Shown: positions 17,566 through 27,105 of the stretch, piece after piece
Layout of the letters: each line of letters opens with the position of its first letter
Position numbering within the stretch: the first letter of the stretch is position 1
DNA from: a virus
Lineage: Duplodnaviria; Caudoviricetes
Length of the DNA: 57,770 bases
Virus record (IMG/VR): IMGVR_UViG_3300010226_000007
Location: 1-57,770 of that record
Strand: one strand, 5' to 3'
Position numbers and translations under genes: made by a program
The notes under the pieces: generated by a model
The model's input: only the letters and a program-made list of their open reading frames with translations
Database searches by the model: none
Told to the model about the DNA's origin: nothing

Positions 17566-18480
17566 CTAAGCGGCAAGCTCGGCGTCGAATGCCGGCTCGG
17601 GCTCGGTGGCCGGTTCGGGCTCGGGGTGGCGCAGAAGTTCCTGGTACAGGTGGGCCTTGGTCACCCCGAGGCGGTGGGCGGTCTGCTCGACGTCCTGGCC
17701 GGTGACCCGCATCAGGTCGCGCGCGTCTGCGGCAAGCGAGGCACCCCGGTTGGAGGCGGCTCCCTTGGCGAGGGAGAGCTGCCGGAAGCGTTCGGCGGCG
17801 GGCAGGTGCCGGCGTTCGGCAAGCCAGGCGTCGTGCGCTTCCTGGCAGCGGGCGCAGACCGGGATCGCGTTGATGGTGTGCTTCCACCAGCCGTGGTCAG
17901 TGCCGCAGTGGCCGGTCCAGTCAGGCAGAGCGTCCGGGTCGTCGATGGTGTCCGGGTCCCATCCGTCGGGTCCGGTCCAGCCTTTCGAGCGGGCGGCGAT
18001 GCGGGCCGGGTCTGACGGCCCTGGGGTTGCCTCGTGCCGCCGATAGACGTCGGCGAATCGCTCGGCAAGAGTGCGTTCGATGGTGGCGTTGACGCCGTTG
18101 AGGATTTCGTAGATGTACCGGTGGGAGCAGCCGACTTGGCGCATCGTCCAGTCGATGGGGTAGCCGGCGCGGGCGAGGGCTTGGGTGCGGCGGATGGCAC
18201 CAATGGCGGGGACGCGCGGGCTGTGTTCCGGGCGGACGGCGAGGAGGCGCAGGGCGTTGTCGCGCTGCACTTTGGGCTGCCCGTTCAGGATGTAGCGAAT
18301 GGCGCGCACGGAGACCTGGCTGCTGGCTGCGATGTCGCGGCGCATCCAGCCGGCGTCGATGCAGGCCTGGATGTGCGCGGCGACGACGGGTCCGTCGATG
18401 AGGCCGTCGACGCCCAGGCGCTCGCGTTCGGTTCGGCGCTGGCGGTTGATGCGGGCTGCGGTCTGGACGGCGGTGGTCAC
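17566..18480 (-). CDS. Multi-HTH phage protein with His/Cys motif
   Basis: Several HTH-like segments; HCGT...H...CARC. Confidence 0.65.
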   Translation of the reverse strand: MTTAVQTAARINRQRRTERERLGVDGLIDGPVVAAHIQACIDAGWMRRDIAASSQVSVRAIRYILNGQPKVQRDNALRLLAVRPEHSPRVPAIGAIRRTQALARAGYPIDWTMRQVGCSHRYIYEILNGVNATIERTLAERFADVYRRHEATPGPSDPARIAARSKGWTGPDGWDPDTIDDPDALPDWTGHCGTDHGWWKHTINAIPVCARCQEAHDAWLAERRHLPAAERFRQLSLAKGAASNRGASLAADARDLMRVTGQDVEQTAHRLGVTKAHLYQELLRHPEPEPATEPEPAFDAELAA

Positions 18481-18647
18481 TGCTGGTCTCCCTTCTGGCG
18501 CAGGTGGCGGTGGGCGGTGCTCACGGTGGTGGTGATGGCGGAGGCGGCGACGGTCAGCCAGATCCAGTGGGCGGCGATCCACGCGCCGTAGCGCTGGAGG
18601 TTGTCGCCGGCCTCGAGCCACGTCCCGTACAGGTCGGGGGTGTTCAC
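18477..18647 (-). CDS. Small membrane protein
   Basis: 56 aa with hydrophobic WIAAHWIWLTVAA; coupled overlaps. Confidence 0.45.
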   Translation of the reverse strand: MNTPDLYGTWLEAGDNLQRYGAWIAAHWIWLTVAASAITTTVSTAHRHLRQKGDQQ

Positions 18648-19021
18648 GCGGCGGCCCTCCCTCGCTGGTCGCGGGCGGCGCGGCGCTGGGCGGCGATGTG
18701 CCGCCCCTTGGCGGTCAGCTCCCAGACGGCGATGCGGTGGCCATGGGTGTCCTCACTGGTGGAGGGCACCAGCCGTCCGGTGTGCTGGATGATCCCGGCG
18801 GTACGGAGCGAGTTGATGGCGGCGCCCAGGTAGCCCTCGCCGAGGTTGGGGAGGACGTCACGGAAGTCGTTACAGCTGAACTCGGTGACGTTGGCGCCGA
18901 AGTGGAGGACGGCTTGCTCGACGAGGAAGCGGTCCCATTCGGAGTGGCGGGCGATGTCGTCGAGGAGGGCGTCCTTCTCCGTGGACGCGAGCCGCTCGGC
19001 AACAGACAGACGACGGGTCAT
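18644..19021 (-). CDS. Hypothetical protein (wHTH-like)
   Basis: MTRRLSVAERL..., AAGGAG RBS. Confidence 0.65.
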   Translation of the reverse strand: MTRRLSVAERLASTEKDALLDDIARHSEWDRFLVEQAVLHFGANVTEFSCNDFRDVLPNLGEGYLGAAINSLRTAGIIQHTGRLVPSTSEDTHGHRIAVWELTAKGRHIAAQRRAARDQRGRAAA

Positions 19022-19086
19022 CGTGGTCTCCTTGAAGGTGTTCGAGGAGGCCGGTCGCGATATGGGCGCGACCGGCGCCTCGGGGA

Positions 19087-19911
19087 CTACTCGGTGGGAG
19101 TGGTGGCCGGCTTGCCGCCGGTGAGCTCGTCCGCGGTGACGCGGGGTGCCGGGAACTCGTCCTCGGCGGTGACCTCGCCGCGCTGGAGCGACTTGAAGAT
19201 GACCAGCAGCTGGGCGACGTCGTGCTCCGTCCACTTGTCGGACTCGCGGTCGAAACGGGCCTCGATCCGGTCCGCCGTCACGCCGAGTCCCTCGAACGCC
19301 TTGATGGCGTCGGCGATGCGCTGCGCGAGGGGCTTGCCGCCCCCGTCGCGGAGCGTCTGGTTGCAGAGCTCCTTGGCCTCCTCGACGAACCAGGGCGGCA
19401 GGATCGCGAAGATCGCCTCACGGACGCGGCGGGCACCGTTGTTCGCGTTGTTCTCGTAGATATCCCGCATGTCGGTGAGCTGCCTGGTGCCGTCCCGGGT
19501 GTCGCGGCGGTGAGGGACGATGAACGTCGAGGAGTTGCGGGAGTTGGTCTGCACGTCCCAGGCGAACGCCTGCATCTCGGACTGGCCGTAGTCGTCGTCG
19601 CGACGCATCTCCACCAGGCCGTACTGAACGTTGCCCCACACGCGGGCAAGCTCCCGGGCGAGGTGGACGGACGGGCCGGTGACGGTGTTGTTCTTGCCGC
19701 GGCTGTACCGGTAGAAAGCGCGCTCGGCGAGGAACATCTGCCGGCAGGACTCGCGCATCTCGGCGACGGCGGCCTGGATGTTGCGGGGGCACTGCTGGGC
19801 GACGACGACGGCGGCCTGTACTTCGGCGGCGGCCCTCGACTGCTCGACGGCGGTGCCCTGGCCGATGCGGGCCGGCACGGTGGTGGACGGGATGGGGACG
19901 GGCTGGTTCAC
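19087..19911 (-). CDS. Putative single-strand annealing/recombination protein
   Basis: Coupled downstream of the RecE-like exonuclease; GPSVHLARELARVWGN motif typical of that gene position. Confidence 0.6.
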   Translation of the reverse strand: MNQPVPIPSTTVPARIGQGTAVEQSRAAAEVQAAVVVAQQCPRNIQAAVAEMRESCRQMFLAERAFYRYSRGKNNTVTGPSVHLARELARVWGNVQYGLVEMRRDDDYGQSEMQAFAWDVQTNSRNSSTFIVPHRRDTRDGTRQLTDMRDIYENNANNGARRVREAIFAILPPWFVEEAKELCNQTLRDGGGKPLAQRIADAIKAFEGLGVTADRIEARFDRESDKWTEHDVAQLLVIFKSLQRGEVTAEDEFPAPRVTADELTGGKPATTPTE

Positions 19912-20831
19912 GCGTACTCCTCTTGATCGCGCTTCTCCGCGTAGGGCGGGAGGGGCAGGTAGGTGATGCGGTCGTTGAAGCTGGGCCAGTTGCCGGTGCG
20001 CTCGCAGTCGGCGTAGATGCGCAGGGCGCGCTCGTTGCGGGCGGCGCCCAGCGCGAGGGCGGGGAAGTCGAGTTCGACCAGGTGCACCAGGTACGGCGGG
20101 GTCTTGGACTGGAAGGCGAAGATGAATGCGGGCTCCTGGTCGCCGTGGAGGCCGTGGGCTTTGACGCCGGCCAGGTAGAAGGCGGCCTGAGCGTGGTAGC
20201 CGTGCTCGTACACGGCCCGCTGCAGGGCGGCCGGGTCTACGGCGCGGGCGGTCTTGACGTCGACGACGATGAGCCGGCCGTTCTCCTCGCGGTGGCGCAG
20301 CCAGTCGGGGCGTATCCGGCAGCGGACGCCGGTGGCGGGGTCGGTCCAGTACAGGGAGCGTTCGGCGACTCCGCTGCCGGGAGCGAACAGGGGCCCGGCG
20401 ATGGGGTGCTGGCGGACGGCGTCGACCATCGCCTCGAGGCGCTCGTATTCGTGGCGGAGGAGTGGGACGGCGCCCATGGCGCGGGCTTCGTCCCGGGCTT
20501 CCTTGGCGGCTTTGGTGAGGTAGTTGTCGAAGTCGAGGACGTCGATGTCGGGTCCGTCGCCGAGGATCATCTGATGGGCGGCGTGCCCGAAGTCGAACTC
20601 GCGCTTCGGCGGGGCGGGGTTGTCGCGGTCGTAGGCGTACTGGGCGGGGCAGCCGGGCGGCAGGAGGGCCCGCAGCCCTGTCGATGACACGGTGGTGCGG
20701 TCGGCGTGGTAGTCGTCGGCGGAGAGGCCGTCGACCCAGCCGGGGTGGCCGTCCTCGCAGTTCTCGCAGATGCCAGTCCGGGTGAACGGCCCGTCGGTGT
20801 TGCCGCATTGGCGGCAGGCGAGCGGGCTCAT
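19908..20831 (-). CDS. RecE/Exo VIII-like PD-(D/E)XK exonuclease
   Basis: YHAD..VSSTGL, FGHAAH, AERSLYW..CRIRPDW, VDVKT, YHAQAAFY. Confidence 0.85.
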   Translation of the reverse strand: MSPLACRQCGNTDGPFTRTGICENCEDGHPGWVDGLSADDYHADRTTVSSTGLRALLPPGCPAQYAYDRDNPAPPKREFDFGHAAHQMILGDGPDIDVLDFDNYLTKAAKEARDEARAMGAVPLLRHEYERLEAMVDAVRQHPIAGPLFAPGSGVAERSLYWTDPATGVRCRIRPDWLRHREENGRLIVVDVKTARAVDPAALQRAVYEHGYHAQAAFYLAGVKAHGLHGDQEPAFIFAFQSKTPPYLVHLVELDFPALALGAARNERALRIYADCERTGNWPSFNDRITYLPLPPYAEKRDQEEYA

Positions 20832-21109
20832 CAGAACGGCACGTTCGGGTTGGAGTCCACGGCCACGGTCTCGCCCTGCGCGATGCGCTGCAGGGTGGCG
20901 ATGCCCTCCTCGTCGTACTTCGCGAGCAGGACCGCGCGGCCGTAGTCCGGGAAGGCGGCGAGGAGCTTGGCCCGGTTGGTCATGTCGGCCCGGTCGATGA
21001 GGGTGATCAGCGACTCGCTCCAGTCGCCGGCCGGGTAGCCCCCACGGCCGAAGTGGGAGAGGACGTGCGCCGCCACCTCGGCGGGAATGGTGATGCTGCT
21101 GGTGCTCAT
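20831..21109 (-). CDS. Hypothetical protein
   Basis: 92 aa, GGAG RBS. Confidence 0.6.
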   Translation of the reverse strand: MSTSSITIPAEVAAHVLSHFGRGGYPAGDWSESLITLIDRADMTNRAKLLAAFPDYGRAVLLAKYDEEGIATLQRIAQGETVAVDSNPNVPF

Positions 21110-21232
21110 GTGGTCTCCAAATGGGTGTGCTGGGTGGGGGCGGCCCGCCCGTCGGGGGGATGTTGGGCGGGCCGCCCTGGGGCCGCGGAGCCTTGGGGGA
21201 AGGGGCTCGACGCGGCGTTCTTCGGTTGTGGA

Positions 21233-21775
21233 TCAGGCGGCGCCGGCGGCGCGGGCGATGCGGTCGTGGGCTTCGTTGAAGTCGTTGGTGTCGAGGCCCA
21301 TCCACGGCACGGTGTGCGACATGGCGGTGAGGATTTCGAGGGCGTTGAAGCCGGCGGCCTTCGCCTCGCGTGCGGCTTCCTCGATGTCGGCGTCGGTGTA
21401 GATGCCGTTGTGGGTGACGTCGCCGGGCATGTAGTTGCTGCCGGGTTCGTCGCACCAGGCGTAGGAGAGCTTCGCGAAGAGGTCGCGGGCCGCCTCGTCG
21501 GTGACGGTCTCCTTGATGGCGTCGGCGTCTTGGGTCCAGTCGATGCCGGACTCGGCGCAGATCTGGGCGCCCTTGAAGGCGTTTTCGCGGGTCATCGCGG
21601 CGGCGATGGCGAGGCCGGAGTGGTGGCCGATGCGCCAGCGGGCGGGGTCGTTGAGTGACTGGTTGGCCGGCATGCGGAAGACGACGAGTCCGGGCGCGGC
21701 GGTGACGGCGTCGGGGACGGTGTACTTCTGCTGGCCGTGGACGATCATCGTGTACTCGGTGGTCTCACCGATCAT
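21233..21775 (-). CDS. Hypothetical protein
   Basis: 180 aa, GGGAG RBS. Confidence 0.7.
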   Translation of the reverse strand: MIGETTEYTMIVHGQQKYTVPDAVTAAPGLVVFRMPANQSLNDPARWRIGHHSGLAIAAAMTRENAFKGAQICAESGIDWTQDADAIKETVTDEAARDLFAKLSYAWCDEPGSNYMPGDVTHNGIYTDADIEEAAREAKAAGFNALEILTAMSHTVPWMGLDTNDFNEAHDRIARAAGAA

Positions 21776-21888
21776 CGGGAATCTCCCTGTGGGATGCTGG
21801 TGTCGGATCCCCGGGCGATGTCAGCGCTCGGGGGTTTTGCGTTGGTCGCCGCTCGCGCCGGCCGGACGGCATCCGACGCGGCGGCGGG

Positions 21889-22344
21889 TCAGGTGGTGAT
21901 GTGGCCGGGGTCGGTAACGGGTCCGAGGAAACCGGCGTCGCGGGCCTGCCAGAGGGTGGTGACGTCGTAGGTGCCGGTGTCCTGGTCGGCGCCGATCCGC
22001 TGCATCGCCGGCACGGTGATCCGGTTGGCGTTGGCTTCGGCGGCGAGCTGCGGGCCGAACCGGGCCCGGAACTTCAGCACTTCGGCGTGGAGTTCGTCGC
22101 GTTCGGCCTGGAGATCCTGGATGTTGGCGAGCTGCTGGACGACGATCTCTTCCGCCTCGCCCTGCTTGGCCAGGGCCTCGGCTTCCCGCATCTGCATGCC
22201 GGCGATGAGGGCGTGAGCGCCGTCGAGGAAGCCGCGGACCCGGGCGACCTCGGCGCGCAGTCGCTCCACCTCGTCGACGGCCCGATGCTTGCGGGCGGGC
22301 CGCTCCAGCAAGCCGAGGCGGGGCAGGTAGTCGGTGAGGCTCAC
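21889..22344 (-). CDS. Hypothetical coiled-coil protein
   Basis: 151 aa. Confidence 0.65.
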   Translation of the reverse strand: MSLTDYLPRLGLLERPARKHRAVDEVERLRAEVARVRGFLDGAHALIAGMQMREAEALAKQGEAEEIVVQQLANIQDLQAERDELHAEVLKFRARFGPQLAAEANANRITVPAMQRIGADQDTGTYDVTTLWQARDAGFLGPVTDPGHITT

Positions 22345-22562
22345 TGCTGCTCCCGGTGGTTGGGGCGGGCGAGGATGAGGGCGGCGCGCCGGCCAGCGTG
22401 GTCTTCGGCGGCGATGGCCGCGGCCATGCGGGCGTCCACCTCGTCGAACGGCTGCTCGTTCGCCGGCTGCTTGGGCTTCGGGTCACGGAAGAGGTGGCGG
22501 ATCGCGTTGTAGACGAAGCCACCGCACATGAGCAGCGGGCCGGCGATCAGGGCGGTGTTCAC
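22341..22562 (-). CDS. Small membrane-anchored protein
   Basis: N-terminal hydrophobic helix; coupled overlaps. Confidence 0.5.
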   Translation of the reverse strand: MNTALIAGPLLMCGGFVYNAIRHLFRDPKPKQPANEQPFDEVDARMAAAIAAEDHAGRRAALILARPNHREQQ

Positions 22563-23011
22563 CGTTGCTCCCACTCGTGGATGGCGTTCTCGACGGCCGT
22601 GCGCTGGTGGTCGTGCCAGCCGCTGTTCATGGGGGTCGCCTTGCCGGTGTGCGCGAGGGTGGCGACCGCGGCGGCGAGCATCGGCGGGGCGACGAAGCCG
22701 GGTACGGGCAGCGGCTCGTAGGGCCAGGCGTTGGAGCCGTCCTCGTTGAGGCGGGCCCACTGCCAGACCGGTCCGCGGTCGAAGTAGTCGTCGCGGCCGG
22801 TGTGCCAGTCCCAGATGACGACCAGGCCGTGCCGGTACCGGTCGGCAGGGATCCCGGACGTGTCCGGGGTGAGGGTGATGACGCCGCGCAGGTAGGGCAC
22901 GTCGTAGGAGTCCTCGACGAACGCGTCCACCCGCTCGGGGGTCATCTTGGCGTCGGTGAGGGCGGCTTCGATGGCGTCGATGTACGGGGCGTGCGGAAGG
23001 GTGAAGGTCAT
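22559..23011 (-). CDS. Hypothetical protein
   Basis: 150 aa. Confidence 0.65.
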   Translation of the reverse strand: MTFTLPHAPYIDAIEAALTDAKMTPERVDAFVEDSYDVPYLRGVITLTPDTSGIPADRYRHGLVVIWDWHTGRDDYFDRGPVWQWARLNEDGSNAWPYEPLPVPGFVAPPMLAAAVATLAHTGKATPMNSGWHDHQRTAVENAIHEWEQR

Positions 23012-23229
23012 TGGGTCCCCCAGATGTCGGTGCGGTCGATGTATCCGGCGGCTTCGGTGTCGGCGAAGTCGCGGGCGGTGCGGAGTTCGTGCTGGAGTTC
23101 CAGCGCGTCCCGGCGCAGCGCCTCCAGTTCGCGGATCCGCTTGTCGAGGCCGCTGATGGTGTGCCGGGCGAGGGCGTTGACGAAGCCGGCCATCGGCGAC
23201 GTGTACGACGACGGCAGCGGGGCGGTCAT
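23008..23229 (-). CDS. Hypothetical protein
   Basis: MTAPLPSS..., coupled. Confidence 0.5.
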   Translation of the reverse strand: MTAPLPSSYTSPMAGFVNALARHTISGLDKRIRELEALRRDALELQHELRTARDFADTEAAGYIDRTDIWGTQ

Positions 23230-23480
23230 CAGGCCACCGCCGCCAGTGCGCGCCGGTACAGGGCGGCCGTGGTCGCCTGCGGCCTGGGCCGGACGGCGCC
23301 GTGCCAGCGCGCCAGGTAGTCCAGCGGCAGCAACTCGCCCGGCTGGCCCGGCTGGTCCACGCGCGCCATGAGCGGCTGCCCGGAGTCGCTGATGTCGCAG
23401 GACCACAGCCACTCGGTGCCGTCAGCGGCCACCTGAACGCGGTCGAGGTCGATGCTGACGCCGTCGAGGATCGCCACCAT
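23229..23480 (-). CDS. Hypothetical phage protein
   Basis: MVAILDGVSIDLDR..., GGAGG RBS. Confidence 0.55.
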   Translation of the reverse strand: MVAILDGVSIDLDRVQVAADGTEWLWSCDISDSGQPLMARVDQPGQPGELLPLDYLARWHGAVRPRPQATTAALYRRALAAVA

Positions 23481-23731
23481 CACGCCACCTCCGGGAGTGT
23501 GCTGAGCTGCTGCTGGCGGGTCGCCCACGCCTGCAGTTCCGCGACGGCCTCGGCGAATTCGGCGAGGGTTGCGACGCTGGAGGCGGTGACCGAGATGCCG
23601 AGCGTCCTGGCCGCCTCGCCGATGACGAGTTGGGCGATCTGCTTGCCGTTGATGTCCCGGCCGTAGCTGGTCCGGACAGGCCCCTCGTTGAGGTCGACGG
23701 TGATGCCGCCGTAGATGTCCGCGCGGGTCAC
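23480..23731 (-). CDS. Hypothetical protein
   Basis: VTRADIYGG..., GGAGG RBS. Confidence 0.55.
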   Translation of the reverse strand: MTRADIYGGITVDLNEGPVRTSYGRDINGKQIAQLVIGEAARTLGISVTASSVATLAEFAEAVAELQAWATRQQQLSTLPEVA

Positions 23732-24063
23732 GATGCCGCCTCCTCGAAGAGGCCGTTGACCATCGCGTTGTGGGCGTCGACCGCGACGTTGTAGCAGTCG
23801 AGGCACAGGAACGTGACCGGGTGCTCGAAGCCGGGCTCGTCCCAGGGCTGAGCAGGTGGCTGCCAGCGAAACAGCCTCTTCGGCTGGTTGCAGTCGGGGC
23901 ACTGACCGTCGCGGCTGCTGCCGACGATGAGGGCCTCTTCCTGGCGGAGGAGTTCGGCCTGGAGCTCGTCGTAGGTCAGGCCGCAGTCGCACGGACCGGG
24001 GCGGAAGATCGAGCCGTGGGGCGGCTGGCAGGGAAAGCGGTGCTTGCAGAGTGAGACCTTCAC
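23728..24063 (-). CDS. Zn-finger-like protein
   Basis: CxH..C, CxC, CPDC and CLDC motifs. Confidence 0.6.
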   Translation of the reverse strand: MKVSLCKHRFPCQPPHGSIFRPGPCDCGLTYDELQAELLRQEEALIVGSSRDGQCPDCNQPKRLFRWQPPAQPWDEPGFEHPVTFLCLDCYNVAVDAHNAMVNGLFEEAAS

Positions 24064-24224
24064 GGCTGGCCCTCCTCGGGCGTGGTGCGGGTGGGTGCGA
24101 GGAATGCGCGCAGGCGGTTGGCGGACTGTTCGGCGGCCTGCTCCCGCTGCCGGGCGACCAGCTCGCGCAGCTGCCGCTCCAAGTCGGTGCGGGGAACGTC
24201 CAGGTCCGCGATCGGGCGGGTCAC
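24060..24224 (-). CDS. Hypothetical small protein
   Basis: 54 aa VTRPIADLDVP...; GTGA overlaps at both ends. Confidence 0.45.
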   Translation of the reverse strand: MTRPIADLDVPRTDLERQLRELVARQREQAAEQSANRLRAFLAPTRTTPEEGQP

Positions 24225-24793
24225 GAGGCCACCGCCTTACGGGGGCCGCCGATCGGCGTGGCCTGGAACTTGCGGCGCCACCTGTACTTCGGATTCGGCG
24301 CCTTGGTCTCGGTCCACTCGATGGGGCCGTGGCACTTGCGGAGCGGGTTGTGGTACCAGGACCGGGTCATGGCCCGGTCACCGCACTCGGGGCAGGCGAT
24401 AACCGGTCCGATCGGAGAGTTCCGCAGGATGTTGAGGCGCTCGCAGTCGTCCAGCCGGCGAAACTCCAGGTCCCCGTCAAGGACTTCAGCCCCGTCCAGG
24501 TCGATGTCGCTGTAGTCGTCCGACCACATGGCGAGGGCGTCGTCTTCGTTCTCGGCGTCCACCCACATGACGCGGGTGACGGTCTCGATGACGATGATCG
24601 GGAAGCGGCGCTCGTCCAGGCCCCACGAGCGGGCGGCCTTGGTCGCGTCCAGCAGCGCTTCGACGTCGGGGTCGGGCTCGTTCGGCGTCAGGCGCGGCCA
24701 CGACTCGTTCAGATAGCGGTGATCGCCGCTGTGCTTCAGGTCCTTGTCGCACTCACGCCAGGAGTCGCCGGGCTTCGGCTCGCCGCACTTCAC
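24221..24793 (-). CDS. Hypothetical protein with Cys/His motifs
   Basis: GTG start coupled to the antirepressor stop. Confidence 0.55.
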   Translation of the reverse strand: MKCGEPKPGDSWRECDKDLKHSGDHRYLNESWPRLTPNEPDPDVEALLDATKAARSWGLDERRFPIIVIETVTRVMWVDAENEDDALAMWSDDYSDIDLDGAEVLDGDLEFRRLDDCERLNILRNSPIGPVIACPECGDRAMTRSWYHNPLRKCHGPIEWTETKAPNPKYRWRRKFQATPIGGPRKAVAS

Positions 24794-25608
24794 GCCGCAC
24801 CGCCTTCGATGGCGGCGCGCATGGCGGCCTGGCGCTTCGAAATGCGCATCTGGATGAAGGACAGCCCGCGCGGCGTGATGTGCAGCGTGTAGTGGGCGCA
24901 GTGCCCCCACGAGTGCTCGACGACCTTCTCGACCGAGTTGAAGCAGTCCGCGTGCGCCGCGTAGAAGTCGTACTCCCAGCCGCCGCACGTCCGCTGACGC
25001 CGGTAGATCAGCTTCTCGTCGAGAAGGAACCCGCGGAGGTCCCGCTCCTTCCAGCCGAGTTCCTTCGCGGCCTGGCGGACCAGACGGTCGCCTTCCTGCG
25101 CGGCCATCAGCGTGTCGTGCACCAGGGCCTTCGGCTCCAGCTCGGCGACCCGCGACGTCAGCTCGATCTCGCGCTCCGTCGACTCCAGCAGCATCCGGGC
25201 GACCGCCATGCGGCCCTGCGGGGTCGCCATGTCCGGCAGAGCCGGCGCGGCGGGGGCGATGGAGTAGGAGCCGGTCTGGCGAAGCGACGGGATGACCTCG
25301 TGGGTGATCCAACGCTTGAAGGTCTTCGCCTGCGGCTTACGGCTGCGGAGGATCAGGGAGTAGAGGCCAGGCTCATTGATGATGTTCGCCGGGCGGCTCT
25401 GGCCACCCTCACTAGTAATGAGGGTGGAACTGCGCTCGTCCTCGTCCAGGTAGCTGACAGCCTGGCTCGGGTTGCTGATCTCCAGTACGGAACAGACGTC
25501 GGCGGCGACCCACCAAGGCTGCGCGTCGATCATCACGGACCGCACGTGCTGTGCGGTCTCCGGGAAGGTGAACACCAGGGGGGTGTTCGAGGATGGAACA
25601 ATGGACAC
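24790..25608 (-). CDS. BRO-N / ANT-type antirepressor
   Basis: PWWVAADVC..INEPGLYSLILRSRKPQAKTFKRWITHEVIPS; C-terminal ANT/KilAC-like part ending ITPRG. Confidence 0.88.
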   Translation of the reverse strand: MSIVPSSNTPLVFTFPETAQHVRSVMIDAQPWWVAADVCSVLEISNPSQAVSYLDEDERSSTLITSEGGQSRPANIINEPGLYSLILRSRKPQAKTFKRWITHEVIPSLRQTGSYSIAPAAPALPDMATPQGRMAVARMLLESTEREIELTSRVAELEPKALVHDTLMAAQEGDRLVRQAAKELGWKERDLRGFLLDEKLIYRRQRTCGGWEYDFYAAHADCFNSVEKVVEHSWGHCAHYTLHITPRGLSFIQMRISKRQAAMRAAIEGGAA

Positions 25609-25687
25609 GGCGGTCCCTTTCGTTGCGTGCTCTGGATGGGGATCGCGAGGTCGTCCCGTAGGCGCGGGGCGGCCTCTTCGTTTGCCG

Positions 25688-25978
25688 TCAGGCGGCGGGG
25701 CGGGCCAGCTGGCGCGGGATGCGGGGCTCGGCCGGGCGGAAGTCGTGCTCGCTGTCGCGGCTGGGGGCCGCCTGCTGGCGCTGGGCTGCCAGCCAGGCGT
25801 CGAGGCCGTCGATGGGCCAAGCGAGCTTGCGGGCTACTTCGAAGCAGCCGGCCGGGGCCTTGCCCTGGTTCTTGTAGGTGTAGAGCGTCTTGACGGTGAG
25901 GCCGATGCGGTGGGCCGCTTCGGGCGTCCAGAGGCAGCCGGCTGGGGGCGGCGCGGGGTTCTTGGCGGGCCTGGGCAC
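25688..25978 (-). CDS. xis: Excisionase-like HTH protein
   Basis: LWTPEAAHRIGLTVKTLY...LAWPIDGLDAWL; position next to cro/int. Confidence 0.65.
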   Translation of the reverse strand: MPRPAKNPAPPPAGCLWTPEAAHRIGLTVKTLYTYKNQGKAPAGCFEVARKLAWPIDGLDAWLAAQRQQAAPSRDSEHDFRPAEPRIPRQLARPAA

Positions 25979-26001
25979 GTCCGCTCCTTTCTGGGGGGGA
26001 G

Positions 26002-26262
26002 TCAGGTGTCGTCGCGTCCCTGTTTCGGGGACGGTGGGGGCATGAAAAGCACCAGCACGGCGACACCGAGAGCCTCCGCGACGGCGTGGGCTTCGATGAC
26101 GTCCAGGTGGGTGAGTTCGCCGGTGAGGATGCGGCCGATCTGAGAGCGGGATACATGGGCCTCTTCCGCTAGGGAGCGGACCGTGTATGGGACCCCCCGA
26201 CCTGGGGCTTCCATGATCTTCTTGAAGGTTTCCAGGTCCCTCAGGACATAGCGCACACTCAA
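26002..26262 (-). CDS. Cro-like XRE regulator
   Basis: TVRSLAEEAHVSRSQIGRILTG HTH; divergent from the repressor. Confidence 0.75.
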   Translation of the reverse strand: MSVRYVLRDLETFKKIMEAPGRGVPYTVRSLAEEAHVSRSQIGRILTGELTHLDVIEAHAVAEALGVAVLVLFMPPPSPKQGRDDT

Positions 26263-26303
26263 TGGATTTCCCCCGTTTTGCGAGGTGCCTTTCAATGCCC
26301 TTG

Positions 26304-26410
26304 AGTTAAGTCCATCAGGGACGTTCTGTCAACAGATCAGGGACACACAAGGGTCGGGTATCGGCAAAGTTCTTGGCCGGATAGCATTGATCTATGGACG
26401 ATCTGTCCCG
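26304..26410. promoter_or_regulatory. Lysis/lysogeny switch region
   Basis: - strand TTGACA-N17-TTAACT with GTCC-N5-GGAC palindrome in the spacer; ATCAGGGAC repeated. Confidence 0.55.
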
Positions 26411-26508
26411 GAACCCCGATGGTTGTAGGGAATGACCTGGTACTTTTCCCGCGCGATCCGCAACCTACAGAGACAGTCGGTGTGACAGTGACGCGAGAGG
26501 ACGAGGAC

Positions 26509-26937
26509 ATGACGGCAGCCGCCGCCAAACCAGAGCAGGGCACGACCAGCTCTGCACAGCTCGGCGCCCTCTCCCAACTCGTCCAGGAAGCGAACGACGC
26601 CGGCATCTCCTACCAGGCAATGGCAGACCGCGGGACGGAACCGGACGGCAAGAAGTACCCCAAGCAGTGGTACCAGAAGCTCGTCAAGACTCCACCAGTC
26701 GGAGCTCCCTCCGTCCCGCAAATGCATGCCATCGCCACAGCGACAGGCAGGACGTTCCGGACCGTGCAGCTGGCAGTCGCGGAGCAGTGGCTCCAGTACG
26801 AGGCCACGGAGTTCAGCAGCCTGGACCCGGAGGTCCGCATCATCGTGGGGCACCTCGCGGGCAAGTCGCCGGACGAGGTGCGGCGCTGGCGCTACATGAT
26901 CGAGGCCGACGAGCGGGCCCAAAGCGAGCGCGACTAA
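26509..26937 (+). CDS. Putative immunity repressor
   Basis: ISYQAMADR HTH-like segment; upstream of int, divergent from cro. Confidence 0.65.
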   Translation: MTAAAAKPEQGTTSSAQLGALSQLVQEANDAGISYQAMADRGTEPDGKKYPKQWYQKLVKTPPVGAPSVPQMHAIATATGRTFRTVQLAVAEQWLQYEATEFSSLDPEVRIIVGHLAGKSPDEVRRWRYMIEADERAQSERD

Positions 26938-27105
26938 GGGCAGTTGACGCTTCTTACCGCCCGTTACCGCCAATCGATCGCGAATGTCCCCAAGTAGACA
27001 TTTTCTCAACCGATTGTCGACGACTCTCAGTAGACGTACCCTTCACCAACCGTACACTTCTGGCCGTTCTGGCTCGGAGTGCACCGTTGTCCCTGGGGAG
27101 GGTGC

